From: a virus
Virus record (IMG/VR): IMGVR_UViG_3300029913_000009
Span: 34,290 to 98,289 of that record
Strand: one strand, 5' to 3'
Length of the DNA: 64,000 nt
In this document: in pieces, positions 20,299-30,200 of the stretch
Position numbering within the stretch: position 1 is the stretch's first letter
Layout of the letters: each line of letters starts with the position of its first letter
Notes under the pieces: generated by a model
The model's input: the letters and a program-made list of their open reading frames with translations, nothing else
The model's database searches: none
Told to the model about the DNA's origin: nothing
Position numbers and translations under genes: made by a program

Positions 20299-20416
20299 CT
20301 CGCCTTCCTGTCTCTGAGGATGCTCCAGAAAAAGCAAACCAGAGGTGAAAACCCTTTGGCCGTTAATATGTACCCATCGCTGGCAAGGGTGCTGATAGCG
20401 AGAATTATGAAGAATC

Positions 20417-20749
20417 TCATGCGGCCTCCACAAACACCGGCTGTGATGGTGCGTTGGTGTCACCGTCCCAGCCCAACGAACGAGCAGCGGCAACCAGCTT
20501 CGGGAAGGAAGGAGCCTTAATGCGCCTCTTCTCAGCATCCCACTTGTGCATCGCGGCCAATGGTAAAGCGCGATTGTCCTTCACGGCGACTTCTTTGAGG
20601 ACGGCGTTCCAGCCCATCCACCCCGGCAACAGCCAGTGGCAGAAGTTGATGCAAGTACCAAATCCGGCTGACCGCTTGCTACCACAGATTGCACAGTGGG
20701 CGACATCTGCGTTGCGAACTCCTACCGGACGTACCGTTATCTTTGCCAT
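20417..20749 (-). CDS. hypothetical protein (110 aa), leaderless start 5 nt after the promoter -10
   Basis: The ATG at 20747-20749 follows TTCGGTATACTA-AGGTC. Confidence 0.5.
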   Translation of the reverse strand: MAKITVRPVGVRNADVAHCAICGSKRSAGFGTCINFCHWLLPGWMGWNAVLKEVAVKDNRALPLAAMHKWDAEKRRIKAPSFPKLVAAARSLGWDGDTNAPSQPVFVEAA

Positions 20750-20752
20750 GAC

Positions 20753-20805
20753 CTTAGTATACCGAACTCGTAGGTTTTTTGGCTACTTTTTTCGGAATAA
20801 TTTTT
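20753..20805 (-). promoter_or_regulatory. phage promoter copy (TAGCCAAAAAAC-N7-TTCGGTATACTA)
   Basis: Conserved motif. The ATG lies 5 nt downstream, so the mRNA is leaderless. Confidence 0.6.
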
Positions 20806-21436
20806 CCATGGCAGTCACATTCACATGCCAAGCTAGTGCATGAAGTGTGGATGTTTCTCTGGCAATTCCCAGACATCCAGCCAGACGGGTGGTTCAGTTT
20901 GTATTTCATGGGCCTTACACCGGGCCTTGTCGGCCCATGAAAACCAAGCGACCGGGCGGCTTTCGCAAGACTCCTGCTTACAAAGCTCCTCATTGCCGCA
21001 TACCGTACATCTGCATGTGCGATGTCAGCATCAGATAATTTTCCTTTCGACAAAATGTTGGAGAAGACGGCCACCATCGGTACCGGCAGCGTCCAGCCAA
21101 TCCCATAGTTCACTGGCTTCGCGACGGTTCAAAGAGTGCAGAAATTCCTGCACCTTGGCTGGAATGTTCTTGGCGAGTTCGAGACGCTGACTAAAGGAAT
21201 TTGGCATGTTATTCTCCAATGATGGCTGTGAGTATTCGATACGACTCATCGTCCTCAGCCCTAACGATGGCTCTGGCTAACGCTTTCAGTTCCTCAGGAG
21301 GTAGATTATCGGTGCCCCCGTACTCTTCCAGCATGGATAGTAAACTCCCGGCCACATTGTGGACACAGACTTGAGGGAAAGGGAAGTTAACCATGTTCCG
21401 AATCATCTTGTCTCAACTTAAAGGTGTTAAGCAACC

Positions 21437-21883
21437 TCATTGCAACGGCACCAGTTCTCCACGTTGAATACGAGCCAGAGCGGAGTTGTAGGGCAGTGGA
21501 GTCGGTGCCCATTCCATGCGACGGCGAGCCTGTTCCCACATCTCGGTAGCGAAGTGTGGTCCGAGGTCGGCACGTACCAGCACGAAGGTTTTCAGCGGCA
21601 TGTTGTCAGGGTTGTAGTACAGGCCGATAGGCGGGATACGCCACCACCAAGAGGCAACTGGGGAGTACCATGTGTTCGCCGGGTCTTCAAACACTTTGAT
21701 ACCAAACCGGCGTCCATCGGTATACATGTACTCGACCTCGACATTGGCCGGAGGTGGGGCGTCGAACCAGTTTGTCCATCCTGCGAACCACCAGTGCCCC
21801 GCCGGAACTAGGTCACGGACAGAGATTTCATACTTCAGTTCAGCCTCAAGACGGTCTTCGTGTGTTTCATAGAACCGACCCAT
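21437..21883 (-). CDS. Trp-rich hypothetical protein (148 aa)
   Basis: ORF track entry. Confidence 0.45.
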   Translation of the reverse strand: MGRFYETHEDRLEAELKYEISVRDLVPAGHWWFAGWTNWFDAPPPANVEVEYMYTDGRRFGIKVFEDPANTWYSPVASWWWRIPPIGLYYNPDNMPLKTFVLVRADLGPHFATEMWEQARRRMEWAPTPLPYNSALARIQRGELVPLQ

Positions 21884-21899
21884 AATCCTGTGTCCTTTC

Positions 21900-22148
21900 C
21901 TAGCTAACGTAAGCGACGATTTCGTAGTTACCGGAGGGCATCTTGTACCAAGTCATGCTCAGCCAAGTCTTCTCACCAACCGGCTCATTGCTGCGACCTT
22001 CGCGACCGCAGAAGATGGCGGGTTCCATTCCGTTGAAACCTGCGGCGGTCAGGATGCTGTCGATGTCTTCAATGGGGATGAACGGGTGGTAGGTCGGCAT
22101 TGCAGCTAACCTCTCGTTTGCGACTTTCCGGGCTTTCAACTCGTTCAT
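21900..22148 (-). CDS. hypothetical protein (82 aa)
   Basis: Promoter copy at 22165-22220 followed by a GGAGGA Shine-Dalgarno site and the ATG. Confidence 0.5.
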   Translation of the reverse strand: MNELKARKVANERLAAMPTYHPFIPIEDIDSILTAAGFNGMEPAIFCGREGRSNEPVGEKTWLSMTWYKMPSGNYEIVAYVS

Positions 22149-22164
22149 GGTGTTTCCTCCACAT

Positions 22165-22220
22165 GATTAGTATATCGGAGACACCAACGTTTTGGATACT
22201 ATTTCAGGAAATTATTTCCA
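22165..22220 (-). promoter_or_regulatory. phage promoter copy (TATCCAAAAC-N9-CTCCGATATACTA) with Shine-Dalgarno-containing leader
   Basis: Conserved motif. Confidence 0.6.
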
Positions 22221-22779
22221 TGTCCTTCTCGTTCGCAATTTCAGCCTCGTACAGCTTACGAGCGTAGGCGATGTGCTCCTCGGTCTGAGGGACGCCGCCA
22301 GCGTTCAACTGGAGAAACAGCCAGAGAACATCCGACCGCTTGACTTTACCACGTTGTAGCGTAGCCGCTTGAATCATGATGTCGCAGAACGCATATTTGT
22401 CCCGCCGTGAAAGCTGATACCACGTCTTACCTTCAAACTCGAAGCGACCCTCGTAAAATTCCGTGATAGCCCGAAGCCGTTGCTTGCCGTCGATGACTTC
22501 CAGCCGATACTCACGGTAGTTCTCATCCTCAAGGAAAACGAACTTGCCAATGTCAGCCCGGTTGAAAATGCTCCGAATAAGTTTCTGCTTGTCTTCCAGA
22601 GTCCAGACATAGCCCCGCTGATAGTCGGGGCTGTCGATGAGACCCCGGTGGTACACCATGTGAATCAGGCTATCCAACGAAGTCTGGATGTAGTTGGTGT
22701 TGAGGCGTGGCCGGGAGAACGCTGTGTCGCTTTCGAGTGCGAGAGGGTTGGCCTCAGTCCACCAACAAAGACGCGGCAT
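22204..22779 (-). CDS. DUF262/ParB-like nuclease-fold protein (DGQQR motif: VIDGKQRL)
   Basis: The ..IFNRADIGKFVFLED..YRLEVIDGKQRLRAI pattern matches the DUF262 N-terminal domain of GmrSD-like proteins. Confidence 0.55.
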   Translation of the reverse strand: MPRLCWWTEANPLALESDTAFSRPRLNTNYIQTSLDSLIHMVYHRGLIDSPDYQRGYVWTLEDKQKLIRSIFNRADIGKFVFLEDENYREYRLEVIDGKQRLRAITEFYEGRFEFEGKTWYQLSRRDKYAFCDIMIQAATLQRGKVKRSDVLWLFLQLNAGGVPQTEEHIAYARKLYEAEIANEKDMEIIS

Positions 22780-22913
22780 TCGACCGGCATCATACGGTTT
22801 ACGACGGCTCAGGGATGTTTACACGTTCATGAGCGCGGGACGACCCCCACTGTTCCCACTCGTGAGCGAGAAAATCCTCGTAGGTCACAGGCTCTTTCTT
22901 TTTTGTTTGACGC

Positions 22914-23327
22914 TTACTTGCCATTGGAATCTCCTACGACCACCATAGGGTCGAGCTTCGGTATGTAGTTGGGGGACTTCTCTTGGCTCCTGATGGCCGG
23001 TTCAACAGTGATGCTCGTAACGTAGTTGTAAGCATCCGCGATAATCGCAGGGGTCAGGGTAACCTCAAAGTTCCTGAGTGTGGAGGAGACGACCGGCGTG
23101 GCCTTGATAAGCTGTGCCCAGTGGTCGGGATGGATGTGTGCCTCACCGTTGTGGCTGTACAGATTTTTGACCCAGACACAGCCTGTGCTGGTTGAAACAA
23201 AAAGGATGGCAACTTTACGACATCCGGGGAGGATACCCTTCACGTTGTGGCTGACGGAGTACCCAGACTTACACAGGTTGTTGGCCGAGACCACAATCTT
23301 CGATGAGGTAATGTGGAGTTCCTTCAT
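22914..23327 (-). CDS. JAB/MPN (RadC-like) metalloprotease-like protein; leaderless start MKELHITS at 23327
   Basis: E...HIHPD..S spacing resembles the JAMM motif E-x(n)-HxHP-x(n)-S. The promoter copy at 23331-23388 ends 5 nt before the ATG, so the longer track ORF reaching 23408 is not used. Confidence 0.4.
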   Translation of the reverse strand: MKELHITSSKIVVSANNLCKSGYSVSHNVKGILPGCRKVAILFVSTSTGCVWVKNLYSHNGEAHIHPDHWAQLIKATPVVSSTLRNFEVTLTPAIIADAYNYVTSITVEPAIRSQEKSPNYIPKLDPMVVVGDSNGK

Positions 23328-23330
23328 ACA

Positions 23331-23388
23331 TGTAGTATATCGGAGACTCCGAGGTTTTGGATAGTTTTTTGGGATTTTTTTAGTCCCT
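23331..23388 (-). promoter_or_regulatory. phage promoter copy (CTATCCAAAAC-N9-CTCCGATATACTA)
   Basis: Conserved motif; leaderless. Confidence 0.6.
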
Positions 23389-23448
23389 TCTTGATGGGCT
23401 CGTTCCACAAACCCATTTGCAGAGCATAATTCCCGTGAGCGTAGCGAA

Positions 23449-24224
23449 GTTGGATTCAGCCTTCAAATCCAGTAAGTCTACAGGTTCCGCCATCCACACG
23501 TGAGTGCCATCAGGGTTGGATTCAGCCTTCAAATCCAGTGGGTATACGGGCAACCCAAAGACATCACGGCTGCGTTCCGTAGGTGGATTTAGCCTTCAAA
23601 TCCAGTAAAGTCTACAGGGACAGTACCAAGGCAAGCTTCGTTGGATTCAGCCTTCAAATCCAGTAAGCGGTGCAGCAATATGTTGGATTCAGCCTCCAAA
23701 TCCAGTATACAGGTTTCGACGTTCAACGGTACATCCCTCCGTTGGATTCAGCCTCCAAATCCAGTAAATCTACAGGTGTGCCAAAGCTGACTGTTGGATT
23801 CAGCCTTCAAATCCAGTAAGTCTACAGGGCTTTACTCAGACTCCGAATACCTGATCTAGTTGGATTCAGCCTTCAAATCCAGTAAGTCTACAGGGAGAAC
23901 CAATGACGGCCCTCAGTATGCTGGGTTGGATTCAGCCTTCAAATCCAGTAAGTCTACAGGTGTTGCCACCTATGGCACAACCCAAGTTACGTTGGATTCA
24001 GCCTTCAAATCCAGTAAGTCTACAGGGTTGATGTCTTTTCATTAACAATCATCTCTGTTGGATTCAGCCTTCAAATCCAGTAAGTCTACAGGTCTCCATT
24101 GATTTTATCCTCGGGCTCTCCCGTTGGATTCAGCCTTCAAATCCAGTAAGTCTACAGGTTAGGAACCTATATACGCATCGGCGGCTATGTTGGATTCAGC
24201 CTTCAAATCCAGTAAGTCTACAGG
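23449..24224 (-). CRISPR. CRISPR array: 13 repeats of 36 nt (GTTGGATTCAGCCTTCAAATCCAGTAAGTCTACAGG on the plus strand), spacers of 30 nt; repeats 2-6 (23515-23776) are degenerate or truncated and spacers 3-6 are shortened to 21, 14, 27 and 16 nt
   Basis: Eight perfect repeats (23449, 23793, 23859, 23925, 23991, 24057, 24123, 24189) separated by unique 30-nt spacers, plus degenerate copies. The repeat contains the hairpin TGGATT-CAGCCTTCA-AATCCA. Orientation is inferred from the promoter at 24240-24272 and the position of the decay, so transcription probably runs on the minus strand. Confidence 0.9.
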
Positions 24225-24239
24225 AGGATAGCCCCAACC

Positions 24240-24272
24240 CATAGATTATACACCAATTGCCTTAACTAGAAC
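24240..24272 (-). promoter_or_regulatory. variant phage promoter driving the CRISPR array (CTAGTTAAGGC-N8-TATAATCTA)
   Basis: The minus strand reads CTAGTTAAGGCAATTGGTGTATAATCTATGGG and then the first repeat 12 nt later. It resembles the consensus CTAGCCAAAAC..TATACTA. Confidence 0.5.
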
Positions 24273-24310
24273 CTCAGGAAAACGCGAGAAGAGTATTGAT
24301 TATCCTCTCG
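24262..24310 (-). terminator. bidirectional hairpin terminator between the 856-aa gene and the array
   Basis: CGCGAGA-AGAGTATTGATTATCC-TCTCGCG stem with T/A tracts on both sides. Confidence 0.6.
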
Positions 24311-24322
24311 CGTTTCTCGTTT

Positions 24323-26893
24323 TTAAGCTGACGCGGCCAGAGCTTTGTCAACAAGGGCTTCAACAACCTCCTCGACCGTCACGCCACGCTTGAATGCGAC
24401 GTGCTTGAGGATGGTTGTAAATTCGGCCAGTGATGCCCACGAGCGGTACTTCTGCGAAGCATCGGAAGCCATTTTGTCGCCCTTGTCCTTCTTCTTGGCG
24501 CGGGTCTCTTTCTCTGAAGCGTCCTTGAGGTTCAATTTCTTGTAAGAGATGGTTGACGCATGGTCGCAGATGCGGTGTGCGAGAACATAGTAGTAAGCTT
24601 TACGGCGTCCCAACAGGTTCTCACGCACCATACGCTCTACAGTGCGAAGGCGGTCGTTGAACTCAAGCCAGCGAAGCCAGAGACGAAGGAGTTCGGGGTT
24701 AGAGCCGAGCGGTTTGGACTTCTCGCTCTGACGACTTGGGTTAGTGTTGTAGGTTGTAGTTAGCGTCCCGGCACCAATGCGGAGTTCGTTGATGTAACGA
24801 ACCATGCCAGACTGGCGAACCATACGCCAACCTGCCGCGTCAACAATGTTCCGCTGCTCCTCAGTCATAAGCTTGTACCCCTCATCCTTGGCCGCGTTGA
24901 GCAGAAGGTCAAGCTGCTCCGGTAGTGACAAGAGGGTAGTCTTAAGCCAATTGTACGTCAAAGTATTTGTGCGGAAGTGTGCCTGAAGTTCTGCCTTCTG
25001 GGCATTTTTAATGGCTTCCTCACCCGGCCATCCGTATAACGTGCGGAATGCCAGTGTATACCCCGACTTGCGCGACCAAACGTTGCCCTTCTTCGTGCTG
25101 TCACATCCTTCAGCGAAGAGTCCTTCGGTCTTCCACTCTTCGCCGAGAGGCAAGTAGTAGTCGTTTGTCTGCCCGGTCGGAAGAGACTCGGTAACGATTT
25201 TCAACTGGTCGTCTTTCGCCAGCTTCCATCCGAGGGTGAGCTTTGCCGACCCGGTGCCCCGCGTATCGTACTTCTCGTTAGTCTTGACTTCTGCAAGGCA
25301 GAAGTTGAGGTAGCACTGGGGCACCTGCTTGGTCGCTGGTGCCGCAAGACCAGAGTTTCGACCATTTTGGTCGGCGTATTTAACCACTTTGCGCTTCTCT
25401 GTCTTGAAGGACACAATGACCTTTTTCACCTTAGCGTTCAGGTCAACATCATCACGGTGAACTAGGACGGCCAACTTGAAGGGGTCGGTGCCCTTGCCAT
25501 CGGTGAGTGAAACGCCGTGCAATGACCGCTTGGCAGCGCAGGAGCCCGGTGTCATAGGCTTGAACTCAGGTGTGACCACAAAGTCGTCGCCAACAGCCGT
25601 TACGGTGTGACGAAATGCTTTTCCAGTGTTGATTGAATCCAGCGGGGCGGTGAACTGGATATGCGGAACCTTGTTATCCAGCACTTCCCGGAGGGTTTTC
25701 TTTCCACGTACGTCGTAGGAGACCTGCCATGTGTCCTCATCAATGCGGATGTGTTTCGGCCAGCCTTTGTCGTAAGGACTATTCTTCGATTCACGCTGTT
25801 TCAACACAGCTTGAAAGCGAGTGGATATTTCACCCATTTCTGCGGGGGGGACAGCCAGCATCTTGCCGATGTAATTGAAGAGGTTACCGCTCCATGGCTT
25901 TGCACCATTCATCCAGACCTCCCCCATGCCATCGGCCCAGTTGGTTTCCTCTATATTGGTGAAAAGCGCCTTGAGTGCTTTGAGGGGCTCTTTGTGGCGT
26001 TTCAATTTACCCAGTTCTGTTTTCAGATAATTAGCGAGAAGGGTCTCCGGGTCGCTCTCAGCCACCCCACAAACGAGAACCTTAACCTTTTCTTCCTTCT
26101 CATACTTGTCGAGGCGGTATATGAAGTAGCGAAGGTCAGAAAAGTTGGCTGGGTATTTGGCGTTGTCGCGAAGATTTTTCGGGAGAGGTAACTTAGCCTC
26201 GCGTCCACGAGTAGCATAGTGAGCGTTCATGGAGTCCACAATCACTTTGCGGATGCGCTCGATGATGGCCGTGGATTCGGCTGACAACGTCGTGCGACGG
26301 TATGCAGACACCTCCCTATCGTCGGTTAGAAGCATGGCAACACTTTTGATGTGTGGTGTCCAGTTTGTTGTTGTGTCTCCAACATCCTCGCTCTTCTGCA
26401 AAGTCCATTGGAGTAACAAGGCGAGAATATTCCATACCAAGCGCCAGTTGGTCTTCTTATCTGCGGCCCACTTGGGTAAAACTGCACCGGAGGTCTCCAC
26501 ACCACGATGATGGTAGAACAGCCGGTTCTTGAGGGTGAGGTAGCCGGTCCCTTTGGCTGCTATTTCTTCCTTGGTCTTGTTACCATGGTTGCGGTTCTCG
26601 CCTTGGAAGAAAAGGTCACCGTTCTCAAGCTTCTTGGTTTGCACACCGCGTTCGATGTTGAACACTCGGCTGTTGTGGTTGGTGAAAATGATGGTTAAAG
26701 GGGTGTTCTCAGCGAGAGTGAGCCCCAAGGGATAAGACTCTCCCTTGAATGCTACTTGATTGTCGGAGAACGTCATACTTCCAGATTTGACGAGTGCCAA
26801 AGGACGGCCCTTCTTGGCAAGTTCGGGGTGGGTGCTCATCGTCAGGTAGAACACCCCGTCGATACTGTGTGCTTTTACTTCTGAGAAATTCAT
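24323..26893 (-). CDS. large uncharacterised protein (856 aa) immediately upstream of and co-oriented with the CRISPR array; candidate CRISPR-associated protein of unknown type or an unrelated phage protein
   Basis: Long ORF with an AAGAAGGG Shine-Dalgarno site, last gene of an operon. No RuvC D/E/D motif, no zinc finger, no HNH. Only one weak R-x4-H (RLFYHH). Confidence 0.6.
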   Translation of the reverse strand: MNFSEVKAHSIDGVFYLTMSTHPELAKKGRPLALVKSGSMTFSDNQVAFKGESYPLGLTLAENTPLTIIFTNHNSRVFNIERGVQTKKLENGDLFFQGENRNHGNKTKEEIAAKGTGYLTLKNRLFYHHRGVETSGAVLPKWAADKKTNWRLVWNILALLLQWTLQKSEDVGDTTTNWTPHIKSVAMLLTDDREVSAYRRTTLSAESTAIIERIRKVIVDSMNAHYATRGREAKLPLPKNLRDNAKYPANFSDLRYFIYRLDKYEKEEKVKVLVCGVAESDPETLLANYLKTELGKLKRHKEPLKALKALFTNIEETNWADGMGEVWMNGAKPWSGNLFNYIGKMLAVPPAEMGEISTRFQAVLKQRESKNSPYDKGWPKHIRIDEDTWQVSYDVRGKKTLREVLDNKVPHIQFTAPLDSINTGKAFRHTVTAVGDDFVVTPEFKPMTPGSCAAKRSLHGVSLTDGKGTDPFKLAVLVHRDDVDLNAKVKKVIVSFKTEKRKVVKYADQNGRNSGLAAPATKQVPQCYLNFCLAEVKTNEKYDTRGTGSAKLTLGWKLAKDDQLKIVTESLPTGQTNDYYLPLGEEWKTEGLFAEGCDSTKKGNVWSRKSGYTLAFRTLYGWPGEEAIKNAQKAELQAHFRTNTLTYNWLKTTLLSLPEQLDLLLNAAKDEGYKLMTEEQRNIVDAAGWRMVRQSGMVRYINELRIGAGTLTTTYNTNPSRQSEKSKPLGSNPELLRLWLRWLEFNDRLRTVERMVRENLLGRRKAYYYVLAHRICDHASTISYKKLNLKDASEKETRAKKKDKGDKMASDASQKYRSWASLAEFTTILKHVAFKRGVTVEEVVEALVDKALAASA

Positions 26894-26958
26894 AGAGTCC
26901 CTTCTTTAGAATCTTGTGCATAATCTTGTTCGAGCCATCATCGGCGCTTCAGACAATT

Positions 26959-27258
26959 CTACAAGGTTACAGTATCCGCGTCAACATGCCACTCACCCTT
27001 CTTAAGTTGGCCGTTGGGTGTGTCCTTGGTCTGACGATACACAGTGACGCCATCAACCGTATACTCTTCGAACACGCGGTGTCCGGTTCCCTCGACCTTG
27101 ATGAGGCTCTCCGCATGTTCGTTTGTCTTCGCAAACACAAAGTATGTACCAAATTTGGTTGCCACAACTCGCGGCACTCCAGTCAATACTTTGGTTCCCT
27201 TCGGGGTCACAAGAGACTGTACCCCACCACGCTGCAATTCCAGTTTTAACTTTGCCAT
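26959..27258 (-). CDS. hypothetical protein (99 aa, start MAKLKLE after AAGGGGAGG)
   Basis: Shine-Dalgarno site plus the ATG at 27258; sits between the helicase gene and the 856-aa gene. Confidence 0.5.
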   Translation of the reverse strand: MAKLKLELQRGGVQSLVTPKGTKVLTGVPRVVATKFGTYFVFAKTNEHAESLIKVEGTGHRVFEEYTVDGVTVYRQTKDTPNGQLKKGEWHVDADTVTL

Positions 27259-27262
27259 GTTA

Positions 27263-30200
27263 CTACCTCCCCTTTCGTATTTCAAACAGGAGATGCCGGT
27301 TAGGCATCTGTTTTGGTTCTTTGAATTTCAGACCGTTGAGTTTGAATGCTTTGGTTAAATTCTCCCGTACCCAAAGTTTACCACCAGCTTTCTCAGATTG
27401 GTAGGATTCAATAATGATGGCACGGCCTTTAGGAGCTAATAGCCGTGCCATTTCTCGGATGCTGCGTTCGTAATCCAACCGGAATATTGAAAGGACAGAC
27501 ACAATAAGGTCGAACGAACCATCAGGAAGTTTTGTTGCATTTCGGTCGAGTCGTAAAATTTGAGGGTACTCAATATACGCTTCCTCTGTCAAGAGCATGT
27601 CCACAAAAGTTACATTCTGGAGGCCAAGTTCCTGTGCATACTTAGGTTCAGTTGTACCGCAGCCCAAGCTTAGAATACGTAGGTTGGTGCTCTTCACTAC
27701 AAAGGTATCATACACAAGCTTGTACGCTTTGCTGGTGAGTTCATTGGCAGCATGATACTCAGCTAGATTATATGTTCTACCCGTGGTAGCGATAAGCAGG
27801 TCACCTTGCCGTTTGGGTGGCAGTGTGGCTGAGTGAGAGTTCGCATACAGCCGATGAACATCCATCATTACTGTTCTAGGTGGGGTGTACTTCCGAGGCT
27901 TGAGTGGCGTGGTAATATCCACAACGGTGGCAGCGGGGGTCACTTCCACTCCAGATAACCGCAAGATGTTATCCTTGTTCCTGAGGTACTCCTGTTCGAT
28001 ACGTTTTGGGTTAATAGGGACAATGGTTCCATCTAAAACAACCAAGCTGCTTCGCCGCCGCTGACACAGCCGTGACCAACGATTTTCGTGATACTCAGCA
28101 TCCTTCGCCAGCATTACGATGCACGCCACACCAGAATTCAAGAAGGGTGAGCCAATGCGGCGTATACGGCGATGAAGTTGCTCGAAGTTAGCGTAATGCC
28201 ACGGAGAGCCCATGATAAACATGGTGTCAGAAAGATTCTGAAGACCGTCCAGACCAACCGATAGGGGGGCACTGGCAATGAGGGTACATTTACCTTTATG
28301 CCTCTTAATGATTTTGAGCAGCTTGTCTTGCTTGTGCATCCCAGTGTAGATGTACACTGGGTACCCCGGTCTCATTTTCTCAGCCCATTCTTTCAGCACA
28401 AAGACAATTCGATTGCTTTTTGTGTCGGTGAACTGTGTATAAAGAATGGGGCATGAAGCTTCTACAAACGCTTTTTTAAGCACTGGATTGGATTCGATAA
28501 TCTCACACTGCCTCGGCAGCATTTCAACCTCCATGTCCAGTATCGTGCGACCCTCGGAAAGGATGTTCGATTGATACTGAGCCATAATGACGCAGTTCAC
28601 AACTGGGTCTTCGAAGAGTTCAACCTCTTCGTATACACCAAGAGTTATCGGCTTCACAATGGGTAGAAGGTTAGGATTGATGTAGAAGCGAAATCCATTG
28701 CGGAACAGAAACAAGCGGAGCTTCAAAAGGCCGGATACACCCTCGCCAGTTGCGTTCTTAAGTTCATCACCTGAGACTATCTCCAATACTCGAATAAGCT
28801 CTTCGGCCTCACACCGAATGGGGGTGGCTGACATGAGGTACCTCAAGCACCGAGGGTTAAGTTGTATTGCTGCACTAATAAGACGACAGTAATGATTCAG
28901 CCGTTTGGTACTGTCTATATCATCATTAGAGCCGGAGAATACTTGGGGCTCATCAGTGACAATCATATCCCAGCGAATCTTGGAAAGCTGGTCAATTAGG
29001 TCGGGGTTGTTCTGCACCGTGTACTCAGTTACTAGCACATAATTACGCCGCTTTGATTCCAACTTCTTGAGGTCGAATACGTCACGGCAGTTGAAGATGT
29101 TTTGCCTGTGCTCGTTCTCCCTCTTTGCCATCAGCTTCCATTGACTGTCGTTATCGTTATCGTTATCAATCGTAGATTTTGTACCGAGGATAAGAACATT
29201 CTCTAGTTCCAACTCCTTCGCAATTGCATATACGGTGCTGGTTTTTCCGGCTCCGGCCTCGCTTAGATTGAACCCAAGAAGATGTCCGCTGTGAGCGAAC
29301 CAATAAACGCAATACGCTTGCATCCAGTTGCGATTCTCGGTTCGGTAACGTTTCACCTGTTCAAAGAGGGTTGTAAATTGCTTACGAGTATCAGTCATGC
29401 ACTCAGCAAGGCACTGTTGTAAGCGTTCGAGACCGTGGAATTCTAAATGCATCCACAGTAACTGGTTCATCTGTTGTATTAACATCTCAGGTATATTTGC
29501 AGCCGTGCCATAGTATCCACTGGGGTACGTCCGCATCAATTTGTCAAGTTTTTTGATAGACGTGGGGATGTCTTCAGGTTTCGGGCATGTATCGGGGGGG
29601 CTAACCTTAGGGGTCTCAGGCTCCTTAGGGGTTTCTAGTAGTTGCCGCCGCTCATCGTCGTTCTTGCAGTCGCACAAACGTTGGATGAGAGTTTCGACCG
29701 ACAAGTTCAGTTTCTTCGCACATGCATCCAAGCAACCACCGTAGTCGCCAATGACAGCCAGCAAAAGATTTTGAAAAGCTGAACGTATTTCAACTGTTGC
29801 TGCGTGCGTAGCTTCCCGAGTCCACGCCAGCCGCTCTTCGATGTAGTTTGAATGGAGGAGATTCAACAACTCATCGGTTGTGATGTAGTCGGGAATTCCA
29901 AGATACTGCCCCCATTTGTTGTACCTGTTGAAGCGGTTGCCCCACTCGGGGTGTTCAATACTCGGGTTACGCAGTGCTCCAGCGATTACTTTTTTCTCAT
30001 CCCACAAACGAAGGCAATCCTCCTCCGTTCGTGCCCCCATTTCATATCGGGCTTTGCCATCCTGTATTAAGTCAGGAGCTAACGCCGGATTGAATCCGCT
30101 ACCGCATTCAATCAAAGTTGAACCCGGAGGATGATGCCAGTTAAGCCCCTTACACCTTCCACAAAAACAAAGTCGGGTTTGTGTGGGGATTTCGTAGGTG

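Noticed and set aside
23389-23448. Plus-strand transcription of the array from the 23389-23448 side (type II-like orientation with GTTG... as repeat 5' end).
   Set aside because: No promoter-like sequence lies on that side. The degenerated repeats sit next to that end, and a phage-type promoter is present at the opposite end.
23449-24224. tRNA-like T-arm (GGATT...TTCAAATCC) inside the CRISPR repeat.
   Set aside because: The loop is 9 nt, not 7, and there is no acceptor, D or anticodon arm context. It is simply the repeat hairpin.
24323-26893. Considered calling the 856-aa protein a Cas12 (type V) or Cas13 (type VI) effector because of its position next to the array and the repeat/spacer geometry.
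   Set aside because: It has no RuvC-I/II/III D-E-D motifs and no TS-plus-zinc-finger region (the protein has no CxxC at all). It has no HNH motif. Only one weak R-x4-H (RLFYHH) was found, and no C-terminal partner, so no HEPN pair. It is kept as an unknown protein only.
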